Positions 25,501 through 37,443 of a DNA stretch of 64,000 nucleotides are shown here, piece after piece. How positions within the stretch are numbered: the first letter of the stretch is position 1; each line of letters starts with the position of its first letter. Position numbers and translations under genes: made by a program. The notes beneath the pieces were generated by a model. The model did not search any database, was not told the DNA's origin, and worked only from the letters and a program-made list of their open reading frames with translations. Source of the stretch: Takakia lepidozioides (Eukaryota > Plantae > Bryophyta); contig CM060731.1 of assembly GCA_030704615.1 (NCBI GenBank), forward strand, positions 66,340,001-66,404,000. The letters are read 5' to 3'.

Positions 25501-26423
25501 TGAAACATCAAATGTTCTTTGATGAAGTGATTAAGTCAACCTAGTCTGTACAGGCCAACTGATGTATGGGCATGATATAATTACACCATACTCTTGCTGG
25601 ACCATCTCTCCACCTTCTGCATCAAATGGCACCTGCAATAACTATGAGTCAGACAAATAACACAAAATGAACCCAATAGGCAAACTGGTTGACCGACAGC
25701 CCTATCGACTGGCCCCACACGACGGCCCACCCTGACTTTCCCCTCGAAGTAATTGATCAATCTCGTGTATTGATGGTAACCGATCAAGGTATCCATAACA
25801 GGGAAAAAATAAAAATTGGCCCATTTGGGTGACCCACCCTCCGCAGTCGCATCGCTGACCGCAGTTCAATACTACAATTACATGACTGTCCATTCCCATG
25901 CCGTCCACATGCCTCATGCCCACCCATGCCCACCACATGCATACATGCACATGAGATTTAGTATGAGATATGACTAGATTCATTGTTTATTGCAAGGATG
26001 GCACCCAAGTGCCAAACGTCTGAATCGGTCTTTGTTCAGTTGCTCCACATCCTCCACTCCCATGGTGCCCTCACAACGTGACTGTGGCCACCACGAATCT
26101 CCATGATCTCTTTCATCTATGTAATCGCCTCGTGTGGCAAGATCTTGTGGAGGAGAATGATCGTAGCCGGTGTCTTTTCCAACCTATTCTATGGAGACAA
26201 TGTGCAAATGAAGCTTGTGAGAATGTCACACTTGCGAGAGATTCACATGTTTCTGTTGTGATCATAGGAGCAACGATCAGCACAACAGCAGAATGAGCAT
26301 CAAGAAGAGGATTACCTACGGTTTGGGGCATTCAAACTCCATGTATTTTTCTTTGTGAGGACTTGTGGGCTTTCAGCGCGATCCTTTTGCTTTGCATTTT
26401 GTAGGCCTTATTAGGTCATTACT

Positions 26424-28645
26424 ATGGTGAACCGGAGCACAATGACTAAGAACATGCGCCAATACCATGAGGAATATGACACTAACGAGTGGGACGACCT
26501 CATTTGCGAGGCCCACTCCAAGGCCAACGTTCAAGAACTTGGTGATCACCACAAGAAACCATTTAAATGTATCCACTGCCACATACGTTACAAAGATAAG
26601 AAAAAACTGAATGTTCACAGGATTAATGGTTGTCCTGAAGTTGACAGGAAACTGAAGAAGTACCCCGTTTTTTAAGCTGGCCAACGAAGCATCGTGGAAT
26701 AGGTTATCATTGACAAAAGCTTCATGCCTAAACGGAAATATGGTAATGCCACGGCCACAGCCAATGTCAGTAAGGGGGGTCCGCAAGAGGAGGTCGTGCA
26801 TGATGTGCAGCGAACACCCGCTAAACGCCGCTAGCAATTGCAGTTGGCCGTGAAAAAGAAAGTGAAGAAGCACACCTCGCAGGAGCCAGCACCTTCCAAC
26901 CGTCCTACATGCACTCACAATCATAGAATGAAAAAACAATAGTCAAGAAGACCACATACGCATTGGCTGGGAAACAGATGAACACCTCTGTGCATGATGA
27001 GGTTTCAAATTTGCTCAAGTACCATGCTTTTCGACAATACATGCAAGTGTATGACCAGAAGTTCCAGGCTGCACAGATAGAATTACTTGGATTGAGGGAG
27101 ACGTTTGTGAAATCAAAATTGGAGGAGTGGGATCAGAGGAGGTTCCGCGAGGAAAAAAAACAACAAAGGGGTTGGTCTCCGATATAGGTCGTAGTAACCA
27201 CAGACCGCCCGGACTATTTGAGCACTTACTGCTGGAATCATTCAGAGGAAGAATGCAAACATGTCATGGACGTCCTCGCGGTGGCTAGGTGAGGAGCAAA
27301 CACCAACGACCTGACCACATCCCCTATGATCCTCAGATTGATCCGCATCATGTGGATGACCCAGGTGGACGTGAACTTGCCTATTCCCACCATTTTTAAT
27401 AGTCATTTGTTAAACATGCTTCAAATATTATTTGGTTCTGAAGCTGGCCGTAGGGTTGTCCGAATATCTGCTACTACGCTGCTCAGTTCAGGGTCTCTCA
27501 TGTTTGGCAATATGCCAGATCACCTCATTCATGCCAAGTTTGAATTGGACGAAGTTGTACATGCTCTCATTGGAAAGAATCAAGCCCAACGCAAGTGTGC
27601 ATTGTAGAAAATACATGCAAATGTTTCTGTGATCAGAATACGAACAATCGGGGACATGGCAATTGCATTTCCCGATCACTTTCATACACTGTGGTGTGGG
27701 ACCACAAATCATGATGCCAGGGAATTGGCTGCCCTGGATCAATTTGAGAAATGTCTCAAGCAGCAGGATGATTTGTGGATCGGTTGGATGCGCATTTCAC
27801 CTGGTACGCTCCATTCGCCTTTTTCATTTCCTTCTGCACTTTCCCCTACTCTTCATGTGATTCCATTTTTCATTCTCATCAATGCATTGTCGTGCAGGTG
27901 ATCAATACATATTTATGAATGCTGCCATACATGAAGCCACAACCCTGGCCCGGAACAGCTTGCGAGCATTGTGGAGTAATGTATGCGAAGTAGACAAACT
28001 CTCATTTGGCGTTGTGGAGTATTGTATGCGAAGAGGACAAACTCTCATAATGTATGGTAGCATTCATAACTGTGTCTCGATCACGTGCACGACAATGCAT
28101 TGTCCGTACAACCTGTAGGTGTGGATGGGCAGGACCATATGTAGCAACGAGTTGAGCGCATTGTCCAGGCTGGTCCAGCTGCTGCACAAGAACATGTTTT
28201 TCGTGATGCACAAGTGACAGTGGTGGTTGAAAAGCAACAACTGACTTGTGACAAATCAAACCCATCTCCAATAAGTAATATGCTTGAACACCTCCATCTC
28301 CCAACTGCAAATTGTGTAGAAATTCATGTGGTGCGAGAAGAAGTCAGCCTAACAACTGTTGGAGCTGCCAACCCTGTAGAATTGTGCTCCTGGAATGAGC
28401 CATCTAGCACGTTGACAACGAGGCGTTTTGACGAGGATGTTCTTGCAGGAAGCGCCCACCAGGGTGTGCAAAGCCTTCAAAATTTTAGGCTGCAACCATT
28501 ATCTTTCCTGCAGAAACTGAAATTGCTCGCAGCTCCCACATCTCCACTAGCATTAGCCAAAGAAGCTCAATTAGCATTGGAGGATGCGCAAAGCATCAAG
28601 GTTGAGAAGAATCGGGGGACGGGGGGAATCCAAAACCAACAATAG
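26424..28645 (+). pseudogene. decayed MULE cargo/second gene including a C2H2-like zinc finger
   Basis: ORF 26424-26675 has KPFKCIHCHIRYKDKKKLNVHRINGC. Further exon-like fragments (26963-27187, 27629-27790, 27898-28020, 28214-28645) carry stops and frameshifts. Confidence 0.45.
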
Positions 28646-28994
28646 AGTTATCGTAAAGTGAGCCTGAGTTTGGTACCCTGTTACGGGTTTCATCCTGAGT
28701 TTGAGTTAATCCGTAAAGTGCAGAAAACTGAGCACGAAGTCAGAAAAGAGGGCACCAAATCATAAACTGGGGATGAGGGCAACCGCTGCTATGGCGCGAG
28801 CTCGTGAGCTCTGACCGCCGACTAACAAAACTCGGCACCAAACTCCTTTCACCCCCATTTTCCTAGTCCTGGCAGTTTGGTCCCGTGTTTTTTTCTAGTC
28901 GTACCGCTTGATCCTGAGTTTCGAGTTTCATACCGAGTTTTGGCCAAACTCGGGGTTCTCATGCCAAGTTTGGGACCCTTTACGGATAACTCTA
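28643..28994. mobile_element. MITE (~350 bp) with TAGAGTTATC(C)GTAAAG TIRs
   Basis: TAGAGTTATCGTAAAG (28643-28658) and CTTTACGGATAACTCTA (28978-28994). Internal GAGTTT(G/C)G subrepeats; no 8-bp TSD visible. Confidence 0.75.
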
Positions 28995-29029
28995 ATGTAG
29001 TAGGTAATTGTTACTCATTTACAACCTGA

Positions 29030-30480
29030 CATTGCAGTTTGGGGTGTGCCAATTGCCCATGATGGCTTTTATCTTAGCATTTGCATTGTCTACAATGAAC
29101 TGGTACGGACGCCAAAGCGACCGCGCATTGGTCATTCGTTGTTTTAACGCCACTGATCGAAGACCATCATGATGTATATTAATGGATACTGTAACAACAG
29201 GGTAGCAATTGTGAGTTCATATATGATAGGGCAAGCAAATCATCAACTCATGGATCCAAGTATTTATTAGAACGTAAGTTCAAATCCCATTGAGTCCGGT
29301 ATGCAGCATGAGCGGCTCAAAACATATAATATAGATTGTTTTGCCTTCCGTCACTCAGAAATGCAATGGAGTCATATATGCCACAAACAAGAGATGTAGA
29401 GGTGTGGAAAAGAGGAGAGAAAGATGATGGGAAGGGTATGCACAAGTTAAATAGTGGAGTAGAACTTAGCACACATAATAGAAATCACAGTTTCAAAGAG
29501 CATATGAAGTAGTACACGACCTTCTTTTCATTTGTATCGAAGGTTGCGTCGCGTGCAACAATTCTACCATGTCCAAGGTCAAGCATATGTTCTTTCTGCC
29601 AATATTCTGTTTGTATGCCCAGTACAAAATGGCAGATTAAGCTTGCGATCGCTTGATATCCAGGCCGGGTGAACGACTTCTTCTTGATAGTAGAAGACAC
29701 TGTTCAGATTTTCGGCCACCTACATTTAGACACTTAGAGCGTCGATAGGATATTTTCTGAAAGTCTCATCGTCACATTTGTTGGCAATGTTTTTGATATC
29801 ATGCGACAAGAGGAATGTGTCTGGGGTAACTCCAACCCGCCTTCCATGATGTCTTTCACTTTTTGTGTGTGGTTTGCCATTATTTTGTTAATAGACAGAC
29901 CTAGGTGCAATTGGTGTACGATCCACGCTCTCATATCGTTACTAAGATGAGATGCGAGAGCATGCCGTGACTTCTTATAGGAAGGCCTGTGAACATGAAC
30001 ACCATGTCTATAGACGTGGCTCTTCTGGTAGTACACCAACATAACGATTCTGGGATCAAGATAACATTATTTTACTATGAATCTGCATGTACAACCTTGT
30101 TTGATGCCCTCCTCCCCTTTGTTCCTTGTTATTCTTTTTTGTTTTGGTTTCGGTTCGACTGTAACAGACGTAGACGCAGTTGACATCTTTTGTGCTGGTT
30201 TTTTTGGAGGAGGTCGTTTCCAAATTAGACAAAGAATAGAGGTTCACAGACACGCATTGAAAAGAATTCTACATACTAGCCTTATCATTTGCATGCAGCT
30301 GTTCATCCGTGGAGCCAACATGGCAACTTCGTGGGTGACAGATTGGCATTGTTTGGCGAACTCACAAGGGGCATTTGAGCGAGCCGACTTTCCTGCAATG
30401 AAGTCATCAACCCTATCCCACGGAACAAACGCGAGGCTCTCCTATAGTCAGGTGCACCTCCGTGCCATTGGGACCTCCAC
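29030..30480 (-). pseudogene. MULE/SWIM-family transposase pseudogene, C-terminally truncated
   Basis: Fragments SLAFVPWDRVDDFIAG, ASHLSNDMRAWIVHQLHLGLSINKIMANH, FVLGIQTEYWQKEHMLDLGHGRIVARDATFDTNEKK and WRPYQFIVDNANAKIKAI match the pattern of plant MULE-SWIM proteins (DATF and IVD acidic positions). Confidence 0.7.
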
Positions 30481-31081
30481 GTCAAATACATGGTGTGTGA
30501 ACGTGCCTTGGGATAGGGGTTTGCATTGCACCTTGCAATTGTACGACCAGACAAGGAACGACAACATCTCGCGAAAGGTCAATGGGCATGCATGCAGTAC
30601 ACGAGGGTGCAATGGTTGAAATGACAGCAGAACGTACCTATTTGGAAGCGTAATGCAATGCAACAGCGTGAGAGGCAATGTAGAGATGTGAGGGCGGGAA
30701 CAACCGCAGCCTTTTTTGCATTTTCAATCTGAAACTTGAATTTCAAATACCTTCCATAAATGAGGCATGTATTTTGTGCAGTTCATGTGTGAGTTGGACA
30801 TGGATGGGGTGCAAGCATTGATATGGGCATGCATGCATGTGGACGGCATGGGGATGGACAATCATGTAATTCTAGTATTGATGTATTAAACCGTGGACGG
30901 GGAACTTAAGTTTAATCCAATTGGTCACTTCAAATATTTCAAAGAAAGAAAAGGTGGAAAAGAAGAAGAACTGGGAGAACCTAATATCATCACTGTGGGG
31001 AAGAAGATGTCTTCCAAAAATCAGACTGGTTCTTTTCTTAAATGTTTCTGTGCAAATGCAGTGTGTTTTCATGCATTGAAG

Positions 31082-31120
31082 ACTGAATCTGAATCTGAAT
31101 CTGAATCTGATGATGATGAT
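31082..31120. repeat. (GAATCT)n(GAT)n microsatellite
   Basis: Seen directly in the sequence. Confidence 0.9.
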
Positions 31121-31603
31121 CTCTCCACACCCTCACCTGAGCTCTGAGATGTAGAGATACAATAAGAGTGTGTTCTTTGAAGACTGGAACACACTGGGTT
31201 CTGGCTATTTCCACCCGACACTCTGTGATCTCGGAACGCTCTTGTTCATGACTTGCTACATATTGAAAGTCACACTTTTGTCTTTTGTGTGTGGGTATGC
31301 TTCATCTGCTGGGGTGTTTGACACCACCCTCTCACCCTCTTGGAAGTTGGAGAAAGAGCAGCCATGGCGATGCACAAGTCTCCCGGAGGATACGTTTGCA
31401 AACCTGGCCATGGGCGGAAAGCTTCAAGAAGGTGTGGGCCTCACAAGATCTACGTTCCTGTGCATTTTCCAAACCGCATTACATTGAAATTTGTCTCCAA
31501 CAGTTTCAAGCCAATTGCGGTGTAGTGGAGATCACCGGATTATGGACGGGGGGTTGGGAAAGGAGGCAATCTGGAAGTGGCCAGAAAAAAGTGGCCACGA
31601 CCC

Positions 31604-34600
31604 ATGGTTACATGGAGCACGGAAGTTGCCAACACATGCAAATATCCCAAAAGCCAGAATAGAGACCAGGAGAAGCCTGGTAACGAATATTTTTCAAACC
31701 CCAGTCAGTGGTGGGACAAGCGAGGCAATAAGGTGAATGTCTGTTATGTTAGAGTAACAAGATGTATTGAAAAGATTTCTCATCAAGTAGTAACAGCGCC
31801 CACGCTCTCTCGCTCTCTCCTCGTTCCCTTCTCCTGATCACAGTGCAACTACTTTCACATGGGCGACAGATGTTGCAAGCTAGGAGCGGATTGGATAAAC
31901 TTTAGCTTTCTAGGTCGTGGGCAATACCAACGCATGAATCTTTACTTAATTTCCTGTGACTGCACATCCTAATTCACATGCATCACATTTGTTGCAAGCT
32001 AGAGGGCTAGAGGAGTAGTGCTGGAATGCAGCTCATGCTTTCTGATGTGTTGAAACTGAACGACTGACCACTGAAGGTTATGTAACCAGTGGGGATAAGT
32101 CTCTATGTTGTATGTGGTCTCTCTCTGCCTCACACACATTCTTGCTTTATTGCCACATTGAGCATAAGAACTAGTGTCTGATAGGTAGAATGGGAGGCAG
32201 GGATAGCTGAAGATGGCAGGGACCAAATGTGGGCGCAGATCAATTCTAGAGGACCCGATTTCAAGTACAAGAGTTCCAACAAGGTGCTGTGGATTGATGG
32301 CTGCAAGAATCCTGCCTTGGTTGATGGTCAACTGGAAGAAGCAGCAGCACAGTTGTTTGGATCAGATACCTTCACCTTGCCAACTGCTTCTGAAAGAGGA
32401 CCAAGAGTCCACAAGAACTCTGCTGGCACTTGCGGGAATGTGCAGACACTCTGTAAGGCAGGACAACTGAAAGAGGCGCTGCACATCTTGAACCAAGGAG
32501 GCATTTTAGCAGACTGCAAGACTTATGTTTGTCTTTTGCAGGCGTGCGTCAGGAAGAATTCCCTAGCAAGTGGAAAGCAGGTACACGCCCACATTATTGA
32601 AACCAGATGTAAGCCAAACATCTTTGTGTTCAACACCCTCATCAATATGTATGCCAAGTGTGGCAGCTTAGTGGAAGCACGCCGAGTATTTGACAAAATG
32701 CCTGAACGAGATGTGTTTACGTGGAATATAATGATAACAGGATATTCCAAGAATGGGTGTGGTGGGGAGGCCTTCCAGATCTATGAGCAAATGATATGGG
32801 AAGGGGTATTGCCTGACAGGGTCACGTTCATCTGTATTCTCAAGGCGTGTGCTAGCCCGGCAGCCCTAAGACATGGCAAGAAGGTACATGCTGACATTAT
32901 CAAAGCTGGAAGTGCTCCAGATATCATTCTGGAGAACTCCCTTGTCAACATGTATGCCAAATGCGGGAGCATGAAGGATGCACTCCAAGTGTTTGACAAT
33001 ATGGTGCAGCAAGATGTGGTGTCTTGCAGTGCAGTTATTGCGGGATATGCCAAGCATGGATCTGGTAGGGAGGCTTTGGAGATGTATGCACGAATGATAG
33101 GGGAAGGGGTGACGCCTGATCAGGTCACATTTGTCTGTGTTCTCAATGCATGTGCCAGTCTAGCAGCCCTGGAAAAGGGTGTGGATGTCCATACTGACAT
33201 CATCAAAGCTGGAATTGCGCCAGACTCCATTCTGGAGAACACCCTCATCAACATGTATGCAAAATGTGGGAGCATGAAGGATGCATGTCGAGTGTTCAAT
33301 AGTATGGCTTCAAGAGATGTGTTCTCATGGAGTGCAATGATTGCAGGATATGCTCAGCATGGATGTGGTAGGGAGGCTTTAGAGACCTATGAGCAAATGA
33401 TACAGGAAGGGGTGATACCTGACACAGTCACATTTATCTGCGTTCTCAATGCTTGTGCGAGTCTGTCAGCCCTTGAAACAGGCAAAGAGGTCCACACTGA
33501 CATCATCAAAGCCAGAATTGGGGTGGATATCATTTTGGAGACGGCCCTTGTTGCTATGTATGCCAAATGCGGGAGCATGAAAGATGCTCGTCAAGTGTTT
33601 GACAATATGACTCACCAAGATGTGGTCGCATGGAATGCAATGATGGCAGGATATGCCCAGCTTGGTTTTGGTAGGGAGGCTTTGGAGACCTATGAGCAAA
33701 TGATAGTTGAAGGGGTGACTTCCGACCCGATCACATTTGTTTGCATACTCAATGCGTGTGCCAGCTTGGCAGCACTGGAGAAGGGCAGAGAGGTCCATGC
33801 TGACATTATGAAAGCTAGATTTGAGCCAAATGTCATTCTAGAGAATACCCTTGTTGACATGTATGCTAAATGTGGGAGTCCAAAGGATGCACGGCAAGTC
33901 TTTGACAGTATGACCAAGCGAGATGTCGTGTCATGGAATGTGATGATCGCAGGATATGCTCAGCATGGGTGTGCTAGGGAGACCCTGCAAGTATTTGAGC
34001 AAATGCAAGAGGAAGGGTTGAGGCCAAATGTCATCTCCTTTATATGTGTTCTCTCTGCGTGTAGCCATGTGGGCCTGGTGGAAGAAGGCCGTCACTACTT
34101 TGATTCCATGAGTCGATATCATGGTGTCACTCCTACAGTGGAGCATTTTGGCTGCATGGTGGACCTTCTTGGCCGTGCAGGGCAATTGAGAGAGGCAGAG
34201 GATTTTATTAACAAAATGCCAATGGAACCAGGTACTGGGGTGTGGGGGGCTTTGCTTGGTGCCTGCAAAATTTATGGCAATGTGGAGATGGCAGAATTGG
34301 CAGCAAAATGTATTCTCAAGTGCAATCCACATGATGCTCGAACTTATGTGCTGTTATCAAATATCTATGCTGCGGCTGGCAGGTGGGATGATGCAGGAAA
34401 GGTGAGAAAAATGATGCAGGACAGAGGTTTCAGGAGGAATCCAGGGCGCAGCTGCATTGAGGTGGACAACCAGGTGCATACATTCGTCTTTGATGACAGA
34501 TTGCATCCACAGATTGAGGAAATCCATGCTGAGCTGAAGAGATTGTCTGAACAGATGGAGGAGGCTGGGTATGTGCCTGACACACGCTTTGTATTGCACA

Positions 34601-34848
34601 ATGTGGAAGAGGAACTGAAGAAATCTTCTCTTCGCCATCACAGTGAGAAGCTAGCCATTGCTTTTGGGCTCATCAGTTCGTCCCCTGGGACTCCTCTCCG
34701 GATTGTCAAGAATCTTCGGGTGTGTGGTGACTGCCACACAGCTACCAAGTTCATATCAAAGATTGTTGGGCGAGCAATTGTCGTACGGGATGCTAACCGC
34801 TTTCATGACTTCCAAGACGGGGCCTGTTCTTGTGGGGATTACTGGTGA
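31604..34848 (+). CDS. PLS-class PPR-E1-E2-DYW editing factor with N-terminal OSB-type PDF motif
   Basis: Exon ending at 31732 (...NEYFSNPSQWWDKRGNK), GT-AG intron 31733-32238, then exon 32239-34848 (INSRGPDFKYKSSNKVLWIDGCKNPALV...). This is followed by 17 PPR motifs, E1/E2, PGRSCIEV, HSEKLA, CGDCH and DYW. Start is uncertain: ATG 31604, or ATG 31364 separated by an in-frame TAG at 31523. Confidence 0.92.
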
Positions 34849-36469
34849 ATAAAGCAACATGCCTGAAAGAAGTGCAGCTTGGAAAGGTCATCATTTGTCC
34901 TTACTTATGTAAGTAAAGATCAAAGTTGAATGAAATTGTTATTTGTTTTATCATCGGCATTGTTGGCATTGCCAGGGGCAGCGAAATTGTCAAACAAAGC
35001 CTGAAGATTTGTCAATAAATGCAACCATCAGTACCATACTTTCTGCGAGCTGCCAATGGGATGATGACGCTTCAAGTATAATTGGCAGAGCCCAAGGAGT
35101 TGTCGACAGATTTTGCTACAAAAGAAAGACCTGAAGTAAATTCTGTAGTGATGGAGGTTGAAAGCTGGTCACCAGAACAGGTTCAACAAGTATATCCAAA
35201 ATATCAGGAAATAGTCTCAAAAGCAAGTTTCTTTAGAGTGAGTGGGAATCCAGTATTTAGATACCCATTAAGGGCTTATCATCACAAATTTACTGTCCTT
35301 GTGTAGGTGTTTGGAGCAGTCTGTCACTTCCTAGTCTGGACTTTCACAGGAAGATTCCTACAACATGAGTTCTTTCCAACTCAGGTCCATGCACACTTTA
35401 GAGGCGAAAGCTATGTGAGTGTGACAGCAGGAGCTGGTTGTTCTTGGAGAAACAGCACACGCATAACAATTTTGCTGCAACATTTTGGCAGCCAGTGTGA
35501 GATTCCTCCGGTTTTCTTGGTGAGCAAACCCCTGCTAAGCAGAGTTGAATGCTTCCTGTCCTTCAGTGTGTTTGTTTTGGTGCTTATTGGGCCCTCTTCT
35601 ATCTTTCAGCAGCAGCTTCTTTCAGTGCTGGTGGATTAACAGAAATTGATTGAACAGAATATGTCGATCTGACTTACTGGATGTTTCAACCTGTGAAAGA
35701 TGTATTTGTCTCTTTGAGACTGTCAATGACACTATTGGATCAGAAGGTTGGCTTCTTTGAGGTTGTGCAACATCACCTTTGTGCTAATACAATGGCCATA
35801 CCCTCATTTATTAGGTGCTACTCTGACTGTGGATCAGTTTTGGCATTGAAAACAAAGAAAAAGTAATTGACTTCTATAAGAAAGAAGTTTGCTTCACTGT
35901 AGTCCTCTAGTGATTTCCTGCCAAACTAGCATGGAGGGCGGTTGAAACTATTCTGATTCTGACGTGCCTGCGAAGTGAGAATGGAGTGCGAGAAGACTGT
36001 TTGCTTGGAGGTGGTGGTGCAGTACCCAAGTGTCTGTCAGTGTACATAGACAGATCGTGTGAAGAAGTACCTCCACGTCACCAGCGCAACCACCATGATA
36101 GAGCTGTTTCAAAAGCCAAGTATTTTATTATCAGAGTGACAGGCAGCCTAAAAGAGCAGGTATAGGCCAGTGAGAAGATACAGATGAGAATGAGCCAGAA
36201 GTCTTCATCTATAATGAAATGTCAGGTTTTGGCTGGTTGACCAACATGCTGTATCAGCTCGTCTGTCACAATGGCATCTACATAAAATTGCATCTCATCT
36301 TTATCTTTGGAAAGAGAGAGGAGAGAGACTGTGTTCACCATTGCTGGAGGTACAAACCAGTTTGTATCATGAAGAGACAGGCACAATGTGAAGCAGTCCA
36401 TTGGATCAACAACAAACATTACTTAATAAGATAAACCTAGATGAGATATCGAGCACAAGTAGGATAGAA

Positions 36470-36760
36470 CGTACTCATAAGACGTTTGCCGCAGCTTGTG
36501 GCCATTGACCCTGCACACACGACGGGACAGAAACTACCTTTGTGAGGGGCTGAAGCCGGTCACAGACCTTGGAACAGACAATGAATCTGAGCTTTCCAGA
36601 TATCCTCTAGAAATCCACTTTCAAAGTTGGTAAGCAGAAGCTCAGGCACAATTTCCTTGATGGATTTGAAGAGGGTGTCTCTCTCGTGAGACAATTGAAT
36701 CAGAAAATGAATATTGTCTTCAGGTTGCCCACACAATGGGGAATTGCAGAAGAGAGTTTG
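36470..36760 (-). mobile_element. LINE family A 3' fragment, internally deleted
   Basis: GTACTCATAAGACGTTTGCCGCAGCTTGTGGCCATTGACCC terminus plus a CGQPEDNIHF-encoding segment. Confidence 0.8.
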
Positions 36761-37234
36761 ACTGACATCTCATTTCGAGCTCCCTGTCTACCCATCTTCT
36801 TGAGTCCTTCCACCAAGGGGGCTTGTAGCATAGGCCACTCTTACATAGGGAGCTTAGATGCATGAGCTTCAGGGTTACATGTAGTATAGAGCCTTTGCCC
36901 TCACAGGGAACCTTGGGCGTAGGCTTTATACCAAACAGTCTTTGACAGTAGCTGTTACACTGGAACAAGTGAACTTCAACTACCTGGGCTTGTTACTCTG
37001 ACAGGCTCTGATTATACAAACTCTGACATTATGAGCTTCCTGCCAGCACAGACACGGTGGCTGCACTCTCACTTCAAAGATGTCCTTCAACCCTAAAAAG
37101 ACAACGGGGCACCTTGCGTCAATGAGGCTAAAACTGAGAGAGAAAACTAGTATGTGAGCAAGTGATGTGGTCAATGCGTTGTCCCCTCTCCTTGACCGAT
37201 GTCCTAACCCACCCAGCTGAAAGACTGACACCAG

Positions 37235-37395
37235 CTAGTGAAACAAACGAGGCCGTGCACGCAAAGGCACTTTGCCCTCTAGCTTTAGGCGTCGGTATGC
37301 CTCACGTATGTGGCACGGTCTGATAGGGCCGGTCTCCTGCCTCTCAGTCATTACAATTCTTCCTGCACCAATACAACACACCAATTTATCAATTG

Positions 37396-37443
<48 letters not shown>

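Larger units (their letters stand above)
25801..30885. mobile_element. Mutator-like element (MULE) with long inverted termini and two convergent decayed genes
   Basis: 25866-25925 (TCAATACTACAATTACATGACTGTCCATTCCCATGCCGTCCACATGC) is the inverted repeat of 30820-30882. Left end begins GGGAAAAAA. Minus-strand transposase relics are present. Confidence 0.7.

Noticed and set aside
18224-34848. U-to-C (DYW:KP) editing factors
   Set aside because: Both have a PG box, HSE active site and DYW terminus typical of C-to-U enzymes.
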